Of a stretch of 64,000 nucleotides of DNA, positions 55,840 through 64,000 are shown in pieces; position 1 is the stretch's first letter, and each line of letters starts with the position of its first letter. Origin of the DNA: an uncultured Gemmatimonadales bacterium (GTDB lineage Bacteria; Gemmatimonadota; Gemmatimonadetes; Gemmatimonadales; GWC2-71-9); contig CAVUAK010000003.1 of the NCBI GenBank assembly GCA_963739455.1, positions 32,001 to 96,000 on the forward strand, written 5' to 3'. Position numbers and translations under genes: made by a program. Under the pieces are notes generated by a model, which did no database searches, had not been told where the DNA came from, and saw only the letters and a list, made by a program, of their open reading frames with translations.

Positions 55840-55918
55840 CAGTAGTGGTGCTCCGGCGAGTGTTACGGGGGTATCATCCGGCGCTGCGTCGTCAAGATAA
55901 AGGGTATATCATCTGGCC

Positions 55919-58028
55919 ATGAGTTTGCGCGACCAGCCCCGCTCCCTGGCGCTCCTCGTCCTCTCGCTCGTCGGCTTGGCGGCCGTGGGCACGTGGACCC
56001 ATGGCATCGTGCGTCGCTCCATACGCGACCGCACCGAGGACCGGTTGCGGCTGGTCATGAACTCGATGTACCAGGGTCTCAACGCCTGGGTGTCCGGTGA
56101 GCAGGCGCTCGTGCGCTGGATCGCTGCCGCACCCGTGGTGCGGACAGACCTGCTGGAGATCGCCGCGCGGGCGCCGCGCCTCGATGACGCTGCGCTGAGG
56201 CGCCTGCCCGCCCGGGCGCGCCTCATGGAGCGCCTCAGGCCGGTGCTGGAGAGCCACGGATACCAGAACTTCGCGTTTATCGGGCCCGATAGCCGGATCC
56301 TCACCTCAAACGACTCTGCCCTCGTCGGGAAGCCCACCACGGCCTACCCCGCAAACCTCGTGAGCCGCCTGCGCCGGGGTGAGTCGGTCACCATCCCCAT
56401 TCGCGTTCAGGCGGTGGACAGCGCCGGTCGGCCGCTCGACTTTACCCGGCCCGCGATCCTCACCGCATCGCCCGTCTTTGCCGATCCATCCGGCGCCGGC
56501 GAATTCGTCGGGTGGTTTGACCTGCGCGCCGATCCAGCCACCGGGTTCGATCCCATCATCGAGGCCGGTCGCCCCGGCCTGACCGGCGAGACCTACTTCA
56601 TCAACGCCGACGGCACCATGCTCTCGGGCAGCCGCTTCGACGCCGACCTGCGCAGGACCGGGCTCCTGCCGCGCGATACGCTCGTCGGCTCGACGCTGAA
56701 CGTGCGTGTCGGCGATCCTGGCGGCAACCTGCTGCGTGGCTTCGACCCCGGCAGCCCGCCGAGCGCCTGGCCGCTCACCCACATGGGCCAGCACGCCACC
56801 ATCGGTGAGGACGGGCTCGATCTCGACGGTTATCGCAATTATCTCGGCCAGCAGGTCGTGGGCACTTGGCGCTGGTTTCCCAGGGCGGCGGTGGGTATCG
56901 CCGTGGAGCAGGGCTACCAGGAAAGCTACGGCGGCATGCGCATTCTCTGGCGTGCTTTCGGAACCCTGTTCGGCATCATCGTGGTTGGGACGGCCCTCAT
57001 CTGGTTCATCTGTCGGCATGCTCGAGCGCGCCCGGGCGCGGGCGCGTCGCGCGGAACAACTCGGCCAGTACACGCTCGAGCGCATCATCGGGGAGGGCGC
57101 CATGGGCACCGTCTACCGGGCTCGGCACGCCTTCCTCCGGCGGCCCACGGCGGTGAAGCTGCTGCGCGCCGAGCGCAGCACCCCGCAGGCCGTGCGGCGG
57201 TTCGAGAAGGAAGTCCAGGCCACGAGCCAGCTGGTGCACCCCAACACCATCACGGTGTTCGACTACGGCCGGACACCCGTCGGCACTTTCTACTATGCCA
57301 TGGAATACCTCCGCGGTCTCACGCTCGATGTGGTGGTGCAGCGCTTCGGGCCGCTGCCCGAGCGCCGGGTCGCCCACATCCTGCGACAGGCGTGCGGCTC
57401 GCTCGCCGAGGCACACGACGCGGGGCTGATCCACCGCGACGTGAAGCCGCAGAACATCATGCTGTGCCACCGCGGTGGTGTGCCCGACCTGGTGAAGGTG
57501 CTGGACTTTGGCCTGGTCAAGGAAAGCGAAGTGCCCGAACCCGACCTCACGCGCGACGGCGCTGCAGTCGGGACGCCACTCTACATGGCCCCCGAGGCGG
57601 CGTCGGCATCCGGCGAAATCGATGCCCGGGCCGACCTCTACTCGCTCGGCGTTGTCGCGTACTTCCTGCTCAGCGGTGTGCAGCCCTTCTTCGGTGTCAA
57701 TGCGCGCGAGGTCATGCGGCGCCACATGGAAGAGCGCCCCAAGTCGCCATCGGAGCGGCTGGGTCAGCCGCTCAACCACGAACTCGAGGCGCTGGTTCTC
57801 CTGTTGCTGGCCAAGGATCCCGGCAGTCGCCCGCCGTCGGCGCGAGCCGTGGAGGAAATGCTCGACCAGGTCATCGAGCCGATGCTCGGGCGCTGGACCG
57901 ACGAGGAGGGCGATGCCTGGTGGCGCGCCAACGCGCCACAGCTCATTGGCATGGGCCATGACGACGAGCCGGAAGCGGCACCGCTCAAGCTCGACGTGGA
58001 CGTCGCGAGCCGGGCCGGCCGGCTCTGA
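55919..58028 (+). CDS. Membrane Ser/Thr protein kinase with N-terminal extracytoplasmic Cache-like sensor (frameshift near 57010)
   Basis: TM, sensor region (GETYFINADG, YRNYLG..VVG.W), TM, then IGEGAMG, HRDVKPQN, DFG and GTPLYMAPE. Confidence 0.88.
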
Positions 58029-58051
58029 GTTCACGCGCGGCTGGACCCCTC

Positions 58052-58741
58052 TTGGTCTTCCTGTGTGCGCTGGCCGCCCCGCCGGCGCGCGCGCAGGTGC
58101 CCGCCACCGCCGGCCAGGTCTGGACCATCGGGAACGTCTGGCTGCCGCTTCCCTCGAAGTTCCGCGTGCTCGCCACCGGCGAAGTGAATGCCGGTACCGA
58201 CTACAACTACCAGCAGTGGATCGGCGGGGTCGGGATCGGCTACCAGTGGAAGCGGGTCAGCGAGCTGGCGCACATGGTCAACATCAACAGCGACAAGGAG
58301 AGTCGCCTGGTGGTGGGGGCAGGATACGAATACCTGTGGACCGAGCAGGAAGGTGCGGCGACGACGGAAGACCGGGTCGTGATCGATGCCACGCCACGCT
58401 ATCGCCCCAAGAGTCACTGGCTGCTCGACTGGCGCAACCGCGCCGAATTGCGATGGGTGGATGGCAAGTACTCCACCCGGTTCCGCACCAGGATCACGGT
58501 CGAGCGCGATATCCCCGTGCGCAAGAACGGCCGGCTCACCCCATACGCATCGGCCGAGTTCTTCTACAATTTTGCATCGGACAGTTGGGACAAGCAGCAG
58601 TATGCCATCGGAATGGAACTGCCGTATCGACGAGTCTTCATGGTGCAGGCCTACTACCTCTTCCAGCACAACAGTTCCGCACCCGACAACGTGAACGTGC
58701 TCGGCATCACCCTGAACTTCTTCCTCCGCAACGGCCTATAG
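58052..58741 (+). CDS. DUF2490-like outer-membrane beta-barrel
   Basis: Signal peptide, RNRAELRW, RFRTR and PYASAEFFY. Confidence 0.7.
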   Translation: MVFLCALAAPPARAQVPATAGQVWTIGNVWLPLPSKFRVLATGEVNAGTDYNYQQWIGGVGIGYQWKRVSELAHMVNINSDKESRLVVGAGYEYLWTEQEGAATTEDRVVIDATPRYRPKSHWLLDWRNRAELRWVDGKYSTRFRTRITVERDIPVRKNGRLTPYASAEFFYNFASDSWDKQQYAIGMELPYRRVFMVQAYYLFQHNSSAPDNVNVLGITLNFFLRNGL

Positions 58742-58793
58742 CTTCCTTCAAGTCCTCAAGTCCTCAAGTCCTCAAGCCTTCAAGCCTTCAAGC
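58741..58793. repeat. Octamer tandem repeat (caagtcct/caagcctt)n
   Basis: Read directly, between convergent genes. Confidence 0.8.
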
Positions 58794-59408
58794 CTGTTCC
58801 AACGCCCTCCACATATACCAGCTCGCCAGTGAGCGGTACGGTCGCCACCGTTCGGCGTGCGCCGTGAGTTCCTCCACCGTCGGCAGGTCCTTCCTCCGGT
58901 ACGTCAGCGCGAACCCCTTCTTCACGCCGTAGTCGGCCACCGGCAGCACGTCGGGTCGCCCCAGCCGGAACATCAGGAACATGTGCACCGTCCACGGCCC
59001 GATGCCGCGAACCACGGTGAGGCGTTCCACCACTTCGTCGTCACTGAGGCGGCGGATCTGCGCCAGCGTCGGCAGTTCGCCGCTCGCGGTGCGGTGCGCC
59101 AGGTCGATCATTGCCGCGGTCTTCGCGTTGGACAGGCCGGCCGACCTGAGCCGGTGGGGCGGGGTAGCGGCGAGCTGGGCCGGTGTTGGGAAGGTCTTCG
59201 GGGCGTAGAGGGCGCGCACGCGCCCGAAGATGGTGGATGCCGCCTTGCCCGACAGTTGCTGGTACACGATCGACCGCGCCAGCGCATGGAACAGCGTCGT
59301 GGTGGGCGATAGCTCGAACCGATCGTCCGGGCACTGGTCCATCAGCCGCGCCAGGCGCTTGTCCCGGCTCCGCAGGTGTGCCTCGGCGACATCCAGGTCA
59401 TACGTCAT
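58788..59408 (-). CDS. DNA-3-methyladenine glycosylase II (AlkA-like, HhH-GPD)
   Basis: IVYQQLS, VRGIGPWT, DVLPVADYG and WRPYRS. Confidence 0.92.
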   Translation of the reverse strand: MTYDLDVAEAHLRSRDKRLARLMDQCPDDRFELSPTTTLFHALARSIVYQQLSGKAASTIFGRVRALYAPKTFPTPAQLAATPPHRLRSAGLSNAKTAAMIDLAHRTASGELPTLAQIRRLSDDEVVERLTVVRGIGPWTVHMFLMFRLGRPDVLPVADYGVKKGFALTYRRKDLPTVEELTAHAERWRPYRSLASWYMWRALEQA

Positions 59409-59500
59409 TGCGAGGCGGCAGCGTAGCTGCCGAATCCAGTGTCATTCGAGGGAGCTCGTAGAGCGAGCTCCCTGGAAAATCCCGGTGCATCTGCACGGAG

Positions 59501-59707
59501 CTACGCCCCGGTCGGCTTGAACATCGCCGCATCCAGGATCGACCAGAGGTGAATGATCCAGCCCATCCAGATCAGCCACAGCGCGCCGGCAAGGACGAAC
59601 ATGATCGCACCCTTGATCGGGCGCCCCTGGATCAGCTGTCCCAGCCCCGGAATGAAGAAGCTCGCCAGCGCGGCGATCACGTTGCCTGAAGAACCCTGGC
59701 CTGCCAT
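59501..59707 (-). CDS. Small membrane protein
   Basis: RBS aggagg and GNVIAALASFFIPGLGQLIQGR. Confidence 0.8.
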   Translation of the reverse strand: MAGQGSSGNVIAALASFFIPGLGQLIQGRPIKGAIMFVLAGALWLIWMGWIIHLWSILDAAMFKPTGA

Positions 59708-59735
59708 CCCAACCTCCTGAGGGTGTCCGGAAAAG

Positions 59736-60638
59736 CTAATCGGCGTGTGCCGCCGCCTGCGCCGATCGCGCGAGCAGCAGCCCCGCCGCGATGATGGCGA
59801 GTGCCCCCAGCGCCTGCGGCAGCGAGGGACGCTCGCCGAATACCGGGATGGCGAGCACCACCGTGAAAAGGATGCCGAGATAGGTCAGCGCCGACACCCG
59901 GGCGGCGCTGTCCAGCGAGTATGCCCGCGTCATCGCCAGTTGAGCGCCCCCGCCCGCCATCCCGGTGCCCAGCAGGAACAGCGCGGCCCGCGGCGACGGG
60001 GTGCGCCACACCGGGATCGACAGCGCCACCGTGGTTACCAGCGCCACGAGCGAGAAGTGCAGCACCACCGCCTCGCCGCTCTCGCCGGCTCCCCAGGCGC
60101 CGGAGCAGCATCATCGCGAAGGCAGTAGAGCAGGGCGCCGAGCGTGGCGATCGCCGCCACGCCGATGGCGCTCTGGAAGCGCGGCTGCAGGACGAGGGCC
60201 ACGCCGGCGAACGCGATGACCACCGCCAGTCCCACCGAGCGCGACCGCGGCTCGCCCAGGAAGGCGGGGGCCAGCAGTGCCACGAAGATGGGCGCGGTGG
60301 CACCGAGCGTCACCGCATCGGCGAGGTGGATGCGGGGCGACGTGAGCGCGTAGAATGTGCAGAGGGCCGAGAGCGTGCCGAAGATGGCCCGCCCCCAGGA
60401 TGCGCGCTGGTCGGTGATCCGGAGCGACACGCCGCGCAGCGCGCGCGAGCCCGACGGCCAGCAGCACGCCAACCAGGAATCGCGCCGCGGCAACCTCGGG
60501 CCACGGAAGATCGCCGCCAGCCAGTCGGGCGCTTACGTTCATCACCGCGAAGCACACCTGGGCGAGTAGCATCCATCCGAGGCCGGCCAGGTGATGGCTG
60601 GCCGCCTCGGGCTCGCTCGCGGAATCAATCACGGTCAT
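59736..60638 (-). CDS. DMT/EamA family transporter (frameshifts)
   Basis: TAPIFVALLAPAFLGE, AQLAMTRAY and FGERP in consecutive frames. Confidence 0.85.
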
Positions 60639-60673
60639 GGCGGGGGAAGTTACATGCACAGGCGCTCGACCCG

Positions 60674-62735
60674 GTGAGTCCCCACCTGTTCCTGCAGGAC
60701 CTGGCCCTGGTGCTGTGCGCGGCCGCGCTCACCACCATCGCCTGCCAGCGGCTGCGCCTGCCGGTGGTCCTCGGGCTACCTGCTTGCCGGGATCATCGTC
60801 GGCCCGCACACCCCCATCCCGTTCTTCGCGCACGACGAAACTGTTCGCACTCTCGCCGAGCTCGGCGTCATCCTCCTGATGTTCTCGCTTGGCCTCGAGT
60901 TCAGCCTCCGCGCGCTGGGCCGCATCATCCCCACGGCCGGTGTCGTTGCCCTGATCGAGGTGGGGCTCACCTTCGGCCTCGGTTTCCAGGTGGCCGCCCT
61001 CTTCGGGCTCGGCACGCGCGCCAGCCTGCTCGCCGGTGCCCTGGTGTCGATTTCGTCGACGATGATCGTGTCGCACGCCTTCCAGGACCTCCGCGTCGAG
61101 AAGCGCACGCGCGAGTTCGTCTTCGGGATCCTGATCGCCGAGGACCTGGTGGCGATCATGATGCTCGCCACGCTGTCGGCGATCGCCTCGGGTACCGGCG
61201 ACACCGAGCATGTCCTGATGGCAACCGGGGGTCGCCTCGTGCTGGTGGTGGCGGCACTGCTCGGACTCGGCCTGCTGGTGGTGCCGTGGGTCTTCCGGAA
61301 CATCGTGGCCCTGCGACGCAAGGAGACGCTGCTTGTCACCAGTGTCGGGTTCTGCTTTGCCCTGGCGCTCTTCGCCCAGTCCCAGGGCCTCTCCGTGGCA
61401 CTCGGTGCCTTCCTGGCCGGTGCATTGATCTCGGAGGCCGGGGTCTCGCGTCACGTGGAGCCGCTGGTGGAGCCGCTGCGGGACATGTTCACCGGCATCT
61501 TCTTCGTGTCGATCGGCATGCTCTTCGACCCCGCAGGCGCGCTGCGCGACTGGCCGCTCATCCTCGCGCTGACGGTGGTGGTGGTGGTGGGCAAGTCGGT
61601 CGGCGTCACGGTCGGCGCATTCCTTTCCGGGCAACCGGTGCGCACGGCAGTGCAGGCCGGCATGAGCCTTACCCAGATCGGCGAGTTTTCCTTCGTCATC
61701 GCGACGATCGGTGCCGGGCTCGGCACGGGTGCCGGGCGCCTGTTCAGCGTGGCCGTGGCCGTCGCAATGCTCACGGCCTTCACCACGCCGCTGCTGATGG
61801 GCCGGTCCGAGCGCTTTGCCCTCTACGTCGATGCCCGGCTGCCGCGCGCGCTGCAGACATTCGTGTCGCTCTACGGCTCGTGGCTCGAACTGTTGCGGCA
61901 GCCGCGGGCCGTGTCGGCCTGGTCCCTGGTCCGGCGCGGGCTGGCGATGCTCGTGCTCTATGCCACCGCACTTGCCGGGATCGTCATCGCCGCTGCCATC
62001 AATTTCCCGACCCTCGAAGCGTACCTGCTGGGCCGGTTCGAGCTCGAGCCCGCCGGGGCGTCGGCACTGGTCATCATCGGCACCGCGATTGTCTCGCTGC
62101 CGTTCGCTGTCCTGATGGTTCGCGCCGGGCGCAACATCGCCGAGAAGCTGGCGGCGCGCGCGCTCCCGCCTCCCTCACGGGGTGTCGACCAGGGCAGGGC
62201 ACCGAGGCGGACCCTGGTGCTGGCGCTGCAGGTCGGCGCGCTGCTCTCGGTTGGTCTGCTGATCGTGGCCGTCACCCAGCCATTCCTGCCACGCTTGAGC
62301 GCACCGGCCCTGATCGCCCTCGTGCTGGCATTCCTCGGCGTGGCGTTCTGGCGCGCGGCGAAGGACCTGCAGGGGCACATGCGCGCCGGCGCCGAGGTCG
62401 CGGCCCACATGCTGACGGCGGAGCATCGTCGGTTCGACAGCGCCGATGGGGCGCTCCTCCAGGTTGAGAAGCTCCTTCCCGGCATCGGCAGCCTCTCGGC
62501 GGTGACGGTGCAAGCCGGGGGGCCTGCCGACAAGCGCACTCTGGCCGAGCTCAACTTGCGCGGACTCACCGGTGCGACCGTGGTGGCGGTGAGCCGCGGC
62601 GACCGCCCGCTCATCTATCCGTCGGGTCGCGTGCAGCTGGAGGCTGGGGACGTGCTGGCGCTGAGTGGTACAACGGAGGCCGTCGCGGCCGCGAGCGAGC
62701 GGTTGTCGGGGCCCGGACCCGATGGGAGGACGTGA
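60674..62735 (+). CDS. CPA2 cation:proton antiporter with TrkA-C domain (frameshift near 60775)
   Basis: FLQDLALVL, MFSLGLEFS, SISSTMI, LGAFLAG, QIGEFSF and LNLRGLTGATVVAV. Confidence 0.9.
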
Positions 62736-64000
62736 TGGAGATCAGTGAATTCCGCCGCGCAGGCCATGATCTCGTCGACTGGATGGCCGACTACCTGAAG
62801 GATGTCGAGCGCCTGCCGATTACCCCCGACGTGAAGCCGGGCGACATCCGTCGCTCGCTTCCGCCGTCACCACCGCAGGTCGCCGAGCCCACCGAGCAGC
62901 TGATGAATGACTTCGGCCGGTTGATCCTGCCTGGCATGACGCACTGGGGTCATCCCGGCTTCTTCGCCTATTTCCCCTCCAATGCGAGCCCGCCGTCCAT
63001 GCTCGCCGAGATGCTGACGGCAGCCCTCGGCGCGCAGTGCATGTCATGGCAGACGTCGCCCGCGGCCACTGAGCTGGAGCAGGTGACGATGGAATGGCTG
63101 CGCCAGATGCTCGCGCTGCCCGAGGGGTTCACCGGCGTCATCCAGGACACCTCGTCCACCGCGACGCTGGTGGCACTGCTGACCGCGCGCGAGCGCGCCA
63201 CCGGGTTTGCCGCCGCCATTCACGGCCTGCAGGACGTGGAGCGCAAGCTGGTCGTCTACACGTCGCGCGAGCGGCATTCGTCGGTGGACAAGGCGGTGCG
63301 CCTGGCCGGCTACGGCATCGAGTCGTTGCGACTCATCGACCTCGATGACGCGTATGCCATGCGCCCGGACGTGCTGGAGCAGGCCATCCTGGCCGATCTC
63401 GCGCAGGGACTCGTTCCCGCCGCCGTGGTGGCCACCACCGGCACCACCGGTTCCACCGCCATCGATCCGCTCCGCCCCATCGGCGAGATCTGCCGCCGGC
63501 ACGGCATCTGGTTCCACATCGATGCATCGTACGCCGGCACGGCGGCAATCCTGCCCGAAAAGCGGTGGATCCTCGACGGGGTGGAGTACGCCGACAGCTT
63601 CGTGTTCAACCCGCACAAGTGGATGCTGGTCAACTTCGACTGCTCCGCCTACTTCGTGAAGGATGTCGACGCATTGCTTCGCACCTTCTCGGCGAGCCCC
63701 GAGTACCTGCGCACTGCGCACGATGCCGAAGTGGCGAACTTCCGCGACTGGGGCATCCAGCTCGGTCGCCGCTTCCGCGCGCTCAAGCTCTGGTGGGTCA
63801 TCAAGAGCTACGGGGTCGAGGGATTGCAGGCGATCATCAGGAAAAACTGCGAGTGGGCCACCTCGGTCGCCGAGTGGGTGAGGGCGGACAACCGGTTCGA
63901 GCTGATGGCTCCCGTGCCGCTCGGGCTCGTCTGCTTTCGCCTGCGCCCACGCGAGGGCGAGGACGAGGCGGCATGCAACGAGCGCAACCGGGAGCTCCTG
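62735..64000 (+). CDS. PLP-dependent aromatic-L-amino-acid decarboxylase family protein (3'-partial)
   Basis: Hand translation: MEISEFRRAGHDLVDWMADY, THWGHPGFFAYF, SPAATELE, HIDASYAG, FNPHKW and RRFRALKLW. Confidence 0.92.
   Translation, partial: MEISEFRRAGHDLVDWMADYLKDVERLPITPDVKPGDIRRSLPPSPPQVAEPTEQLMNDFGRLILPGMTHWGHPGFFAYFPSNASPPSMLAEMLTAALGAQCMSWQTSPAATELEQVTMEWLRQMLALPEGFTGVIQDTSSTATLVALLTARERATGFAAAIHGLQDVERKLVVYTSRERHSSVDKAVRLAGYGIESLRLIDLDDAYAMRPDVLEQAILADLAQGLVPAAVVATTGTTGSTAIDPLRPIGEICRRHGIWFHIDASYAGTAAILPEKRWILDGVEYADSFVFNPHKWMLVNFDCSAYFVKDVDALLRTFSASPEYLRTAHDAEVANFRDWGIQLGRRFRALKLWWVIKSYGVEGLQAIIRKNCEWATSVAEWVRADNRFELMAPVPLGLVCFRLRPREGEDEAACNERNRELL

Overview
GC-rich bacterial chromosome segment; gene content and style suggest Gemmatimonadota, which is an inference only. 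It looks like a long-read assembly with many single-base indels that split real genes. Most of the window is ordinary: SulP plus beta-carbonic anhydrase, an ECF sigma/anti-sigma pair, a TetR-RND efflux operon, hydrolases, rnhB, bioB-A-D, ilvE, mltD, moaC, holB, tRNA-Lys and tRNA-Asn, two alkyl-base glycosylases, a membrane Ser/Thr kinase, a CPA2 antiporter and a PLP decarboxylase. The standout is a ~7.7 kb locus right after tRNA-Lys (34753-42415). It encodes an acidic SurA/PpiC-like protein, a peptidase-containing ABC transporter with two cNMP-binding domains and an intact C39 peptidase, a HlyD adaptor, and a sensor-less sigma54 activator. These are followed by four tiny Lys-rich double-glycine precursor genes that the ORF track does not call as separate genes. 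They share a DL...(V/I)KGG leader and carry very short, different cores. Two sit in a duplicated cassette with an identical sigma54 -24/-12 promoter. No modifying enzyme is visible, so this looks like an uncharacterised sigma54-controlled, possibly cyclic-nucleotide-gated peptide export or signalling system.
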